Positions 23,924 through 38,500 of a stretch of 64,000 bases of DNA are shown here, piece after piece. The notes under the pieces are model-generated. The model was not told the origin of the DNA. It searched no databases and saw only the letters and a program-made list of their open reading frames with translations. Each line of letters begins with the position of its first letter. The stretch's first letter is position 1. The DNA comes from Tubiluchus corallicola. Lineage: Eukaryota > Animalia > Priapulida. The stretch is taken from positions 1 through 64,000 of the forward strand of contig JAQGDQ010000659.1 of assembly GCA_030141605.1 (NCBI GenBank), in the 5' to 3' direction. The position numbers were made by a program, and so were the translations under genes.

Positions 23924-24424
23924 TTGTTATTGTTGTTGGCATCCTTCTATCTCGGAGGACAATGGAATGTGCGCCAAGAGAGTCCGATCCTTGAACGTCT
24001 CCAGGGCGCACGCCTGGGCAAGGTGTATGGAGATCCTGAGTTGCCCAGACAACAGGAACCCCCTCTCTTCCTCACTGGTGTAGTCCAAAGGAAAGCAGAG
24101 CGATACGTTAGGCACCAGGTTGGCTGCAGGAGCTGCCGGAGTCAGTGAGCATGCTGCACTGGTCTGCCTTCGGGGCTCCACTCCTGATTTGGAAGGTTTA
24201 CTCCTCTACACATGGCCGTTGGGTCACTTGACCTCCTCAGCCCTCTAGCCGTTGGCTGCTTGTGCAGCTCCTCCGCCTAGTGTCGAGATACAGTGTGGGC
24301 ATCCCGCAAGCCTACAGCACCTGGTATTCCTAGGCGGTCACCCATCCAAGCACTAACCAGGCTCTACGTTGCTTAACTTCAGTGATCAGACGAGAACCGG
24401 TGTTTTCAACGTGATTTGGCCCTA
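23924..24424 (-). mobile_element. Full-length 5S rRNA-headed SINE (SINE3-type) with a probable RTE-derived body and (CAA)n tail
   Basis: 5S-like head at 24308-24424 with internal A/C boxes (GAAGTTAAGC, TGGATGGGTG), a ~380-bp body, and a GAAGGATGCCAACAACAA tail. The body is shared with the 14968 and 63504 copies. Confidence 0.85.
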
Positions 24425-25153
24425 ATTTTTTTATAATGTACCTAAATAATCTACAGCTTGCAGCGATCCGTGTTTGTTTAAAGAAAAGACGAACTTACTA
24501 GGAAATTAGCTTTATTTCAATGTTAGCAAAAAATGTTAGAAAGGTATAGTAATAAAAGCGTGATAAGCGCTTCGTGTGATTAGTAACTTCATGCTTGGGC
24601 GCATCCGTTTTAAACGCCCATATTCCTCCTCCAATGACGTCATCCACCGGCTGAAAAAAGTAGGTCACTATTAGAAGTATAATAAATTTGCACAAAAAAA
24701 TTAAGTAGTTAATTGTGTGAAATTTTTGCATAAACATCAGGTAAGTTGCAGGAGTTTGAACTAATTTAAGCAGCACCGCTTACGGAAAGCCACAGAAATG
24801 CCATAAAGTCCGCCAGTTACGTCACAATTTCCTGTGAATCGCGGCTGTCACCGCGCCTGAACATTTCTGTTCTGAGGTAGTATAAATTAACCTTATGGTT
24901 TATAGACAATTTTCTGTAAATTTCTTTGTTATATTTTCCCAAGTTTAAGAGTTAACCTTAAAATAAACCCGCCATGCTAAGTGTCTCTTGTGTTTTCCTT
25001 TAATTGCCACCTGTTAATTAACATCACTAGTCATTAGCAACTATTAATTTTGCTCGAATGCCCTTACTTGTTTTGCTTCCAGTTTTTTGAATATCGGTGT
25101 TAAAGTTCTACGATTAAGAAACAATTCAGTAATCGACTTACTAAAGTACAAAA

Positions 25154-25491
<338 letters not shown>

Positions 25492-26412
25492 TTATTAGTT
25501 TATCACCATTTTTAAAATAGCAAAATACATAACTAAGAAAATACATAAATCTGTACAACATACAATAATATTACAAAGTGCAAAAGTAATTATTGATTAG
25601 TGGTGAAAGGGTGGCGAAAGAACTATAAGTTATCGAGGTCAGCCACCCTCTCAGGATTGCTACTAATATAATTAATTAGTTAATGCGCATGTACCAGGTA
25701 ATTAAAAATTATCAGATTTTGCATTTAAGACGAATGAAAATTGAATTATTATACGAATATGTTAGTTTATAATAAAATAATGTTCAATAATGGGAAAGAA
25801 GAGACACACGTGACTATCTTTAAATAATAATTTAACCATTACGTATTTAAAATTAATGTTATGAGGACCTAGAGCCAAAGGAAGAAAAAAGCTTGTAGCT
25901 AGCAAAAGTGGATAAACACGTATGTTTTGTCATGAAAAAAAGAGTTGAAAGAAAAGTATCTTAAAATTCTTTAGGATAAGCGTTCATTATTGCACAATAT
26001 TAAAGTTTACAGATATACAAAAGGTGAAAACGTAAAAGAGCGTTGAAATTATAATGATTCATGTTATTTGAGTTATCAGTGATTACGCTTATACGCAGAA
26101 CTCGGCAGTATGCGTACAGAGTTAATTAATTTCCGTCACCCCAACATACCTGCTACGTATTTCCGGCGTGCTGACAAGCATTTCCGATCACCTCCCTCGC
26201 GTCCTCTAGATTCTGAATTTAGTTCATTAATTACTGCAGGTATCAACTGCTGTGAGAGAGTGCTTAGAGTCAATGCATTACGTTTGCACAATGATGCCCA
26301 CAAGTTAGGATTAGGTCTAACATCGACCAAAATGGCTAATCTTATCTTTGCTTGAGAAATAAATTAGTGACTGAGTGAATGCACGAATAAATAAAAGAAT
26401 GAATAGATAAAT

Positions 26413-26415
<3 letters not shown>

Positions 26416-26452
<37 letters not shown>

Positions 26453-26502
26453 GCCCACTTCTTTCTCTCTCTTTGCCTCTTCTCTGTCTCTGTCTCTTTC
26501 TC

Positions 26503-26552
<50 letters not shown>

Positions 26553-26862
26553 GCCCACCTCTTTCTCTCTTTTTGCCTCTTCTCTGTCTCTTTCTCTTTC
26601 TCCCTCTCTTTCTGTCGCTCTCTCTCCATCTTTCTCGCTCTCTCACCCCCTTTCACTCTCTCCCACCCTCCTCGCGATCTCTCTCTCTCTCTCTCTCCCT
26701 CCCCCCTCTTTTTCTCTCTCTCTCTCTGCAACTTCTCCCTCTCTCTCTCTCTTTGTTTCTTTTTCTGTCTCTTTCTCCCTCTCTCACTCTCTCTCGCTCT
26801 CTCTCTCTCTCTTCCTTCTTCCTCGCTCTCCTTCTCTCTTCTATGTCCCTCGTTTTCCTCTC
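26416..26862. repeat. (CT)n polypyrimidine tract
   Basis: Visible tract. Confidence 0.95.
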
Positions 26863-28580
26863 TTTACCCACATATTTTTCCGTGTTTGTCGTTTGAAGAT
26901 CGCGTGCTGGCTAAAATTATCATTTAATTAAAACGTATGAAACAATTTTTTCCTAATCAATATTTCCAGGAACCGTGCTTTACTCTGGTAAAAAAGTTAC
27001 TCGTTATTTAAAATTAATAAAATTAATATTAATTATATAGAAATCAATGAAGCAGATGTTATAATTATTTGAAAATTTACCTGGTGAAGCCCACCAGTAT
27101 GTTAGTAATAACTTTATTAATAACAAATATTTTTGTTTTTCAGTTGTAGCGAAGAAATATCAAATGGAATCAAAATTGAACAAACAGTTGAGCAAATAAA
27201 TGTAGTAATGAATGAATGAATGAATGAATGAATGAAGATCGCTCACTCTTCCACCCATCCATCATCATCCATTGGCTGTAGAAAAGCAGCGCACTGTCAA
27301 TCTCGCTCAAAAGTATAACAAGTTTTTATCAGAAATATATTATAGCAAATTTTGTGCTATTTTACGCGAACATTTGGCAAGCTGCAAAAGTTTGAATCAG
27401 TTTAACCAACGCATACTTACGGAAAACCACGATCCGGTTAGGAAAAATCATGAACTCCAACGGTTATTTCATAACTTTTATACGAATGGTGGCTACCACC
27501 ATGCATAAAAATTTCTATACACTGGTAGTATAAATAGTATTAAAACTTTAATGCCTAACACTCCCTTTTTTGGAAATTTCTTGTTATATTTTTCTAATTA
27601 GGATATAAGAATTAACAGAAAAATAAACCCAAAATGCTGAGTGACTTGTCTTTTCATCTTAATATAACTTTGATTGTGGAATATTGCAAGTACAACATAG
27701 AAAGAATTGCAAAAACGAGCATTTGTGGTATACTGTGCATCAATAGGATTTATAATTGTTAAAATTATGGTTCTCCTTATCCTGCTCAATAAACTTTTTT
27801 TCCATTTTTTATCTTCATGAGTCCATGACTGTGGTAAAAATTATCTTTGCCACAGCAAAAGTACAGATTAAACAGACTGAAACAATGTGTTGTTGTTGTT
27901 ATTATTATTATTATTATTATCGTCATCGTGTCAAATTCAGTGACCATTCTGTCCATATATATTATATAATAATATTACTAACGATTGCATGTACAAGTCG
28001 TAGAAACTTTAACTATCATTTTTGGCAGATGGCGTACGCCGCGCTTCAAGCTTCCGCGGTTTTGTTATCGGTCTAATTACGTTATTACGGTCAGTCCTTA
28101 ATTTTTTTTCGGATGCTTGTGCGTGTCCTCTTACCGCATGTTATATTGTACCGTACGGCAGGCAATCTGTGTTTCTTCTTTCGTAGTATTTGTGCAAATC
28201 AGACGTGTTCTACTTCGGAGTGAGTTACCCTAGCCCAAGTAAGTAAACTGCGGACACACACCATGTCGACCTTAAACTAGTTAAAACCTTAAACATAAAG
28301 GTTAAGGTACGACTTTATATGTTTAGCCTATTAAAAGATCATTCAGCAACTGCACAAGTGAACTAAATAATTAAAATTTGTTGAAAAAACCTAATTTTGA
28401 AAAAAAGTGCTAGGGGGAGCAGTTGCTTCCCTGCCATTAGCTATGTCACCTGGTACAAGCCATTTTTTCTTACATTTGATGTTTTTTTTTGCACTTCCAG
28501 CTTCACATTTCGAAGAAGCTATAGGAAAAGTGACAATCCACAATATCTAAAGTTCAATGTTTTAAACTGTAGACATCGTG

Positions 28581-29714
28581 ATGGATCAACGAGTTCAAAC
28601 TGATAACAGGTTTGTGAAATTAGAGCCTTCAACATCAGATGAAACGGAAATCTTTCCACTGAAGACGGCAGACAAAAGCCCAGCAGAATTTGTTATCAAA
28701 ACCGAACATGATTTATTGTATTATGGAGTAAAAACTGATAACTATGAACGGGAACAAGTAAATATGGCTGCCAATGTTTGTTCATCATCACTGACGGTAA
28801 ACGAACGTAATGCCTGTGCTGTTAAAGATGAATTCAGTTTGTTGTCCATGAGCAACTCTACGAACAATGCAGCGGATGGCATCATAGATCAAACTGAACA
28901 AAATCACAACGATGCTTCTTTATCGGCGATTCTAGATGAACTTTGTACAGATATTATAAGTAGAAATCCCGGTTTATTGCCAATAACTAATGATAACGAA
29001 GTTTGTACTACAGAAGTACAAGAACAAGCGAATGCTAGTAGAAAAAATCGTTCATTGTCAGTTGTAGACTGTGTCGATGCAAATGTTTTCAGAGAGGAAT
29101 CACGTACAGGTGAAGGAGACGAGCTTGGTTTTCATCTAAATGCTAAACAATCTGCGGTTAATCAGTCAAGTGCTCAGACTGAAGAAAGAGCAACTAAATC
29201 ATTCAAATGTATTGTTTGCTCGGCCGTCTTCACTAAGTATATGGCACTGCGACGCCATGCAAAAAGAAGTCACCCTGGCCAGAAATCATTTAAATGCGAC
29301 AAGTGTGGAGCAACGTTTGTTAGGAGCCGAACGTATCGTTATCATTTGAAATTTCACGCCGAAAAGCCATATAAGTGCAACATGTGTGAAGCAACCTTCA
29401 TTGAAGAGAAAATATTTGTTATGCATATGCGACGTCACGCTAGCAGAAAGACTTTTAAATGCAAAAAATGCAAGGCCACATTTATAACTTGGTGTTCCCT
29501 AATCAAGCATAAGAAAACTCACACCGATGAGAAACAGTTTAAATGCGGTGAATGTGGTGCCGCGTTTGCATTCGATTCCGGGTTGAAACGGCATAAAAGA
29601 AAACACACACGTAATAAAATGCCTCTGAAATGTGGTGAATGTGGTGCCGGTTTTACACGGATTTCTCAGTTGAAATTGCATGAAAGATTACCGCACTGGC
29701 GAAAGCCGATTTAA
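28581..29714 (+). CDS. C2H2 zinc-finger protein (~377 aa, 6 fingers)
   Basis: ORF with ATG 28581 just after an AG acceptor. An acidic N-terminus is followed by six CxxC-x12-H-x3/4-H fingers with HAEKPYKC/HTDEKQFKC linkers. Confidence 0.9.
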   Translation: MDQRVQTDNRFVKLEPSTSDETEIFPLKTADKSPAEFVIKTEHDLLYYGVKTDNYEREQVNMAANVCSSSLTVNERNACAVKDEFSLLSMSNSTNNAADGIIDQTEQNHNDASLSAILDELCTDIISRNPGLLPITNDNEVCTTEVQEQANASRKNRSLSVVDCVDANVFREESRTGEGDELGFHLNAKQSAVNQSSAQTEERATKSFKCIVCSAVFTKYMALRRHAKRSHPGQKSFKCDKCGATFVRSRTYRYHLKFHAEKPYKCNMCEATFIEEKIFVMHMRRHASRKTFKCKKCKATFITWCSLIKHKKTHTDEKQFKCGECGAAFAFDSGLKRHKRKHTRNKMPLKCGECGAGFTRISQLKLHERLPHWRKPI

Positions 29715-29871
29715 ATGCGAACTCTGCTTTTCTACATTATTCGACCTAAAAGTGCACAAGAAAATGCATAAAAGCTGAACAGCCATTTAAGTGTAGCGAG
29801 CGTGGAGTTGTTTTTGCACATGCTTCAAATTTCTAGCAACATAGAACACTTACGTGAGAAAAAATGTTTAA

Positions 29872-30342
29872 GTTTAAACATAATTTATTATAGGATTGGA
29901 TCAGACAGTTTGAACAACATGATTTAGGATCCTCACCACAACAGACTTTATACACTATTTACAAAAACATTTACAGTAAGAATAGACTATAACTACACAA
30001 GCTGACCAGTTTTACTACAAGAATACATTAGACATTAGTAGAAAATAACGGTTAGAAAATATTAATGTACGATTATTTAAGACTGATGCATTTTATATCA
30101 GATAGAAACTACTGGAAGCGTCTAGTACGTAATATAAAGTCATGTATACATTGGAATATTTTACAGTTAGCAACATAGTTAAATTCATCTTTTCCGAATA
30201 ATAACAACTTCAACAGATCATTATTTCCTAAGGCAGCTATAATAAGGTTTTCGGGCAGAAGCATTTCATTTAGTTTATCAAACATAACAACCCTAGCTAG
30301 TTGATACAATGGGCAGTGCAACAAAAAGTGTTCAACAGACTC
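29872..30342 (-). mobile_element. 5'-truncated LINE (CR1/L2 group) 3' end with an 11-bp TSD
   Basis: ESVEHFLLHCPLYQLAR...LLFG...FILRTRRFQ* resembles an ORF2 C-terminus. It is flanked by AAAATGTTTAA at 29861-29871 and 30343-30353. Confidence 0.8.
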
Positions 30343-30749
30343 AAAATGTTTAAATGTAATGAATATGGAATTGGTTTCAGTTTCAAACATCATAAAGGAA
30401 TACCAATACAAAACCAATTTTGCACATACTTCCAGTCTGAAAGTGTGAAAAATATGTACACGAGGAAAGTCACTTTTGTGTAGTAAATGTGGAGCTTACC
30501 AACCTCTCCACCCACCTGTGCACGAGTGAATGAATACACACTGCTAGAAACCATTTAAATGTAACGATTGGGATGGCATTTTTCCCACCTTTTTAACGCA
30601 AGCAGCATAAAAGAATGCACACGGGAGTGCATTTTAGCCTCTGAAACTGTCGAATTCATTTTTCTTTTTGTATGTGTTCTAATAAGACCATGCATTCTTT
30701 ATTTGTACTAATTCACTAACGTGATTGTATTGTTTGGGCTAAACATATA

Positions 30750-31352
30750 TAGTAAACTACGTGTAACTCAAAATCGCATAACTCAAATTTTTGCCAAAGA
30801 ATTTCAACGGAATGGATGAAATCCTTCGTTTTTTTCCCCACTAAACTCATAATATTTAACTCAAATTTTCACCTAACTAAAATAAAAAATTATGGTCCGG
30901 TTAATCAAAACACATGTAATTCACTTCGCCTAACTCAAAAATGAAATTTATACTCTACAAAAACAAATAGTTTTTTATGCACATATTTTGAGCTACACAC
31001 AAACTGAACTGCAGTACATAAGATACTGGTAGCCCCAATGTCACATTGTTTAACAGTGTTGTGTACGTGTCCTTTTGTAACATAAACTACATGATTTCTA
31101 TCTAGTAGAAATAACGAAATACAGTACACCATTATGTGTGTTGCCGAACTACTTTATTTACAATGCGGTCTGACGCATTAATACATAACAATCCTTTTAG
31201 TAATCGTCATCAAATCATGTCATTTATGTATAGAAGGGTTGACTTTCTGCCTTCTATTTAGCTCGCCGTCTAGAGGAGGGTTTAGAGTTTCTATGCTGAA
31301 AAATGGTCAACATCGCCTAACTCAAAGGATTTGAGTTATGCGGAGTTTACTA
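30750..31352. mobile_element. Tc1/mariner(pogo)-like MITE
   Basis: TA|TAGTAAACTACGTGTAACTCAAA ... TTTGAGTTATGCGGAGTTTACTA|TA. Confidence 0.75.
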
Positions 31353-32347
31353 TACGAATAAATGGTAAACAGATAAATAAATAAAAGGTATTTGAATAAT
31401 AAAAATGTATCTTAACGGAAGACTTATATATTTTCATTATTTATGTCACTAAAACCCTATTAGCCAATTGCAAACCTTATAACAAGATGTATTTAAATAG
31501 CTTGACCAATGTTAAATTTCGTTTTGCTTCTTTATCTAAAAATTTAGCAAGATGAGAACCATACTGGATGGTGCTGCCCTCTAAGGCAGGTAATTACCTG
31601 TATGGTGATTTCATGGTAAATGTTTTTAGTTACCTGGTTTTGAAACTATTGTGAAATACTGTAGACCCTTGGCCTTAATTTTTTTGGCTTGGTGACTTGT
31701 ATGCATAGTATGTGTTGTACTTTAAGTAAATTGCTTTCTGCAATTGTAATTGCCGTCAAATTTGCCGTTACAGTTGCTGCTGTTCCAATGTTTGGGTAAG
31801 GATGTAACTGATTTTTTAAAATTATATTGAAATTAATAATTTAATTGCTTTTTTGCAGTATTGTTCATATGCTGGATTTAGTTGTATGTGTGAAATATGT
31901 TGGATTGCAATAGTAGATTAATGTGATGCAGTGTTTCTTCATGTAATTTATTTGTGTGATACTCATTTTTAAACAGTTCTATTAATTTATTCATAAATAT
32001 TTTTATTATTCCACAATGTGAATATTTATACAAGTGAATTATGCAACTAACATAATTTTTTATTTATTAACATAAAAATTATTATTTACTAATTATTTAT
32101 TTCATGTGCTTTCACCCTAACGGGCATCATCAGCTGAAGAACTACAGGTAAAATGTTCAATAGCATGTAAAGCGTAAAATCATCTCAATTCATATTCCGT
32201 CCTACTATCAATTTTACTCCTATAACCAATAAGCCTTTGCACAGTTGCAGCGGTTGATGATTATTGTGAAAAGGTCAAAGGTTAAGTGTACCAGACAACG
32301 CATTTGTGAACACCTAATGATGCCTCGCCGCCCAAGTTATAATAATA

Positions 32348-32803
32348 CAGTCAACCTTGGGTATAACGTACTCGCTTATAAGGTACCACCAACACCGGTC
32401 CCGATTTTTCGTAGCGTTTTTCCTATGTAAAAATCTTCGTATATAAGGTACTCGGATATAAGGGACTTTCTTTTATAAGGGACGATATCTTCAGGTCCTG
32501 CGTAATAGAAACCCAACTTAATTACCTCGCATATAAGGGACCCTATGATCAAAGCGAAATTGATCGTTATTTAACCTCAATTTTTCACAAACTCGGCCTT
32601 CGAACAGCTCGGTTTCCGCGGTCACATACATCTCGCATCACTGAAGGAGCTTCCTACATACCGTTTGCACTGAATGTGTAGCAATAATCCATAAAAATAT
32701 GGGTAAAAGTACAGGTCTAGATACACCCTCGGTCTGACTCAACTTCGGCTGTAAGGGACAGTTTTTTTGGTCCCGAGGTGTCCCTTATATCCAAGGTTGA
32801 CTG
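32348..32803. mobile_element. pogo/Tigger-like MITE
   Basis: TA|CAGTCAACCTTGG ... CCAAGGTTGACTG|TA, with internal TATAAGGGAC subrepeats. It is inserted in another repeat that also occurs at ~62570-62710. Confidence 0.85.
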
Positions 32804-35508
32804 TAATTACAAGCCTACCTAGCTCATTTTTGTTGTTCAGAATTAGCTTTTTTACCCGTGATTTCTGTGCACAATTTTTAAACTAATTATTAGTGGTTGT
32901 ACTGCAAAAAAATCGAGTAATATGCACGATCTTTGTAAGACTGGTTCTCACTGGTGGTTCGAACACTGAAAATTTTTCAATCTCATTACGAATTCAATTC
33001 GAATCCTACTTCACTGGTTTGATTCGAATTCAAAAGTCACTAATTCGATTCGACATCGTTTTCTAGTAGAAAATGCTCACCCCTACTCATGGAACACATT
33101 AGGGACTGCAAGAATCACACACTTGGGTCACCCTGGGGGTGAACATTATCAAATCCATTCAACAGTTCCAACCCCTCCATTTAGTGCAGTCATCCTGTAC
33201 AGAATTAAAGATGGTGTTGACAGGCTTTCTGCAGAATCAGAAATTACAAAAAACTGAAACAAAAGAAAATCAATTTGGAGAAAGGATAGCAGCTGTTAAA
33301 TTGACTTTGCTCATTGTATATTTAGTTTTTGTGAATATTTTTGATTCTTCTTCCGTATTCCTCTTTTAATTGGTCCCTGGGTGCATTTTTCATTTTTACT
33401 CAAGATAGTTACACAAAGTTTGTATTTTAATCTTTACTTTTTCGATTTACTTATTTGATTTTAAGGTCAAGTGTCTTTTTAGTGTAACCCACCACAAACA
33501 ATTCCATTTTATGTACCTCTAGCAGCAATACACCACAAGCACTTATTCATTTCCTTTGTATTTAAGTTTTTCTGACAAACCGATTGTACTGTTCGTTGTT
33601 TTTATTCTTTCTCTAACTTATTATATTTTAAATAGACAATGTTTAGCTAATTTGTTTCTCACTGGCACATACTGTTTAAAATTTTATCTGTAATTTTTCT
33701 GGTGGTGACGCCTGTTAGAGGAATGCTCCAGAAATAAATACAGATAATGTGAGAGTATAAAGGGCATTCAACGTTTTTATGTTAAACATAGCAAGTCTCA
33801 GGAGAGCTCTCACAATTTCATTATTTTTATAATCACAAAATGTTAACTACATTTACTAAATTAAGTTAATCTGTTATATTAGAATCTTTGCAAACATGTT
33901 AATTTATATAAAGTTGTTATATTTATAAAATGTACTAGAATTTATTTATTTATATTTCTATATTTTTTAGCAGAATAAACTACTAATGTACACTCTTATG
34001 CTTAGACTTGATGTTTGGATTGAAATGTTTTAGCTTTCTAGGTCATCGAATGGGTGAGATGGGGCATATGTGCTACAGGGACTGATGGTTTTACTACTTT
34101 TGATTTAGAAAAAAAACTTAGAGCAACTTGCTGACAGAATCTAACAGCTTTGCTCTAAATTCTTGTTACTTTATTGTGTCACGAACTTCGTGAATTAACA
34201 GACTGCAAAAAGTTAATTAACATGCAACAATCGCTGTAATAAATTTTGCACCATATGTAAGGTATTGAGTGGCAATTTCTCCAAGAGCACCGTATGAACG
34301 TGATTGTCAATAAAATATGTCAACACTCACAAACTTGTACATAAGACGTTACGCGGTTAGACCTCGTGCCAATATACTTACACCACCAACTAGGACTTTA
34401 GGCTCTATAGCTTTTTCATAAGTTGTATCAACTGATGGAATAACATGCTGCTAATCTGTGTGAAGATTTAGCTATCTTAACAAAGGTCATGAAAACCCAT
34501 TTATTCACGAAAACGTGTACTTTTAGATTTTCTGTTATTGTGATTTTAAATATTTCTAATTTTTCCAGTGAAGTTGTTGATTTAATCATTGATAAAAGTT
34601 TTCTCGTTTGAAAGTGTAGTTTGTTCAACATACTTGTAAATTTTCTTTTTCTCTGTAAAGTTACAAATGAGAAATCTGTTTGAAAACACCATAAACATTT
34701 AATAATTTTTAATGTTTAATAATAATGATAGACCTTTAGTATCAGTTAATAATAATAAATGTTGCAAAATAACACGTTCTGGACACAAACTCGCATCCTA
34801 TGGATAAAACCTTTCAAATGTGTTTGAACTGGACTTAAGTAAACTCCAAATAAAGGCAAACATTTTTAGGTCAAGAGAGTGAAAACCTAAAGGTTTTTTT
34901 GTACAATCAGCATAATATTTGGGTATAATAACACTTGCAAACCATAACTGTCCAAATGTCCATAACCGGTGATGTCCATTGTGTACTCGTGGGCGTCAGA
35001 GTTTTAAGCAACTATTAGTGTAGTTTGAAATACTAAAGAGTAATTAATGTAGTCACAGCATTTCAAATGTTTGATTCTATCCGCAGTGCTGTTGTTTGAA
35101 GTTTAATTTAATCATTGATTTAAATTTGGTTGAAATATGCAAGTTCAACTAAACCTGCAACATTTTTTATACGGGATAGCAAACATTAATCAAGGAGTTT
35201 GTGTAGTTAAACATCTAGAAACCATTCGGAAACGGGAATTTTGTTATTGCTCACAATAGCTGACTTGCTGTCTCTTCTGCTTTTCTATCACAAAATTAAC
35301 GTGCACAATAAGCATGGTCGCATCCGTGGACTACAGACCAAGGATATATCATGCACAACTCAAACATATGTCAAGTTTAAAGATTTCTGCTCTTGAGCAT
35401 TGTAATTGCATTAAAGCCCAAGGGTTGCGATATGGTCATCACTTACAAATAAATTTTTCAAAAAGTTAATTTATTTTATGTGGAAAATTATAAATAAATA
35501 CATTTACC

Positions 35509-38500
35509 ATGTCTTCGGAAAGATACGAAACATTGGAAGAGGATCTGACAACTCTTTTGGAAGATTTGAAAATAAAGTTGATGAAGGGAGAACGAAGTTC
35601 AAATACTGGTACCTACTTTTTGTGTTTTGTAATACCCTGCAGCCATATTGTAGGTCCTAAAGCCCAGAACACAATTTAGCTAAGTTATTGACAAATTTAA
35701 TGAAGAGCAAGACAGCGAAAAAGACTTGGTTATTGTTGTTGTTGAAGTGAAAAAAAGAGGAATTCTAAGGGTATCCTAAAGAGTTTCCATTGCAGTTAGT
35801 ATTTGAATCCCTGTTTGAAAGACTTGTATGCCCTATAACTGAGAAAGAAATTAATGTCAAAATTCTTATTTAGGAATACTAATTTTTGTAAGTGTTCTGT
35901 TTCTTTCTCTTGGACGGCTCATAGAAAAAACAAGAAAACACGTTGTCAAATTAAACTAGTTAATTATGTGAGAATTCCACAACACAAAAGTATGAAGGAA
36001 CGCGAAATATGTATAGAAAAGTGATAATCTGGAAACATGTAAACGAAAGTGTGCGTATCTGAGAATACGAGAATAAACTTGAGCGGACAGCTCCGCCTTG
36101 TATATCAATGCAAATGGACTAAATCAGAACAATGTAGAAACTACTACGCGCACCGCGTATAGAAAGTTCTCGAAACTTCTACAAGGTAAGAAGATTGTTG
36201 TCCTATGCTATAGAATCTCCACAACAGTAAGTGAATCAATTAAAAACAAAATAAAAATCTCTCAAACCTAATTATTACCACTAAAAATTACAAAAATTCA
36301 TGCAAGGTTGGTTGGTTCATTTCTTCACGAAGAAGTTGGTTTATGAAATTCTCATAATGATAAAACTTTGAAAATCTGTTGCTTCATACTCCACGTATTC
36401 ATGCAAAATACCTGGTCACCTATTGCTCACCTAGAGATTGAGTCTAAACATTCGTCCGGTTTTCCTTTAACAGCTGACTGCGAAACATAACAAGTTTATA
36501 GATTAAGTTGATTTTAAATTAAATAAACTTTTACATATTGAAAAACTTAATTGCCGGAACAATGTCATCGTAATCATAAGCCACGTTGACATTTAAAGCA
36601 CTTAGCACATGGTAGCAAAATAATAGAGAAACCATTCAGTTTACATCATGGTCTAACTAAAGCAATAAAAAAGATTTGTTACCTCGAAAAAATGGACTTT
36701 CAGCAATGCTGCAAAGGGTCTAATTGTGACGTCAAAAAATTGTTGCCATTTGACCAAAATGATATATATATATATCAAGTGGCGCAAAAAAGTGTCGAAG
36801 TTTTGATTACGATACTATAAGAAGAAAATAACGGACATGCTTGAAAATTACAACACTGATGTTACATACATCTATGTATAAAGGCCAAAAAATTCTAGAT
36901 CATTCTCTTAGACTTGACCAGAAAAACAGAAGCTTTATACTACAAGTCAAAAAATAAATGCCAGAAAAAATTTTTGTGACTTTTATTAAAATTTACATCA
37001 AGTGCTCAATATATATATTGAGAGGTATACGAATATGTATATATATATATATATATATATTGGTAGACTAAATACCCATTCATTTTGGTCAAATGGCGAC
37101 AATTTTTTGACGTCACAATTAGCCCTTTGCAGCATTGCTCAATGTCCATTTTTTCGTGGCAACAAATTTTTTTATTGCTTTAGTTAGACCATGATGTAAA
37201 CTGAATGGTTTCTCTATTATTTTGCTACCATGTGCTAAGTGCTTTAAATGTCAACGCGGCTTATGATTACGATGACATTTTTCCGGCAATTAAGTTTTTC
37301 AATATGTAAAAGTTTATTTAATTTAAAATCAACTTAATCTATAAACTTGTTATGTTTCGCAGTCAGCTGTTAAAGGAGAAAACTGGACGATTGTTTAGAC
37401 TCAATCTCATTTTAATTTACTGTCCAAAATATATGTTTTCTTGCCTATAAAAGTTAGCAATTGTTTCTTATATTTGAATAATTAGCTTAGAAAGTTAATT
37501 AACGGCATATATATATATATATCAAGTGGTGCAATTATATGACATTATAATGATATAAGATATTAATACATGATATTGTATATATCAATAAAAGTTAGCA
37601 ATTATATATATATTTAAATTCGGAAAAAATGCCTGACAATGGTTAAACAACCGCCACTCGACAAGTGCATATTTTATAGGTCAAACAAAGGTGAATAAAA
37701 TTAGTGAGTGACGTAACTATTTTGGTTTTACCAACTTCCTTTGTATGTCACGATCTGCGCCTCGGGTTTGTATAGCGTGGTTTGTCTGTCTGTTTGTTTG
37801 TCTGTATGTTTGTCTGCGACTCGTGCTCTGCAACGTTATTGACACATCTATTGCAAATACGTCTCCAAGTGCAAATCAAGGACAAATACTGATGTAGAAA
37901 ATTGATTAGTCGTTACTAGCATCTTTCTCTTCGGCTTATTGACATGCGCGTTATCGCTGTCTAATAAATTTGCATATTCATCATAATTAATCAGGCTTGC
38001 AGACGCTTCTTGTTTCCAAACATTTGTGTGGGTTGTGTTGTTTAAAGATCTCCCTTGGGATGATCATGCAGACATTACAAACACGAACAGAATTCCATCA
38101 ATAATTACAGTGATATAACACTGAAAGTAGTTAAAGGCCTTTATAACGCCAACAGACATGGATGTTTTTAACTCATTATTATGGTAACATCATTCACGCA
38201 ACGAAAAATGGCGGTTCTTCCAAATTTTATAATGCTAACAACAAAGTGATAAAAAATCTATAGAAACAACTTTTACAATAAGTTTATAACAAAATAAATT
38301 GAATATTTTGTAGGATTTTAAGTTGTAAAAGCTTATATTGTAGTGAGGTATTCGTTTGACTTTAAGCCACTGGGTAAACTTGATGAGTGACCTTGACGAT
38401 TACTTACTTAATCACTGCTTGATCCATAAGAATGCTAGGATCCTTATTGCTGAAGCCTGCTTTAATCACTTGATGTACGCTGATGACATATGTCTTTTAG

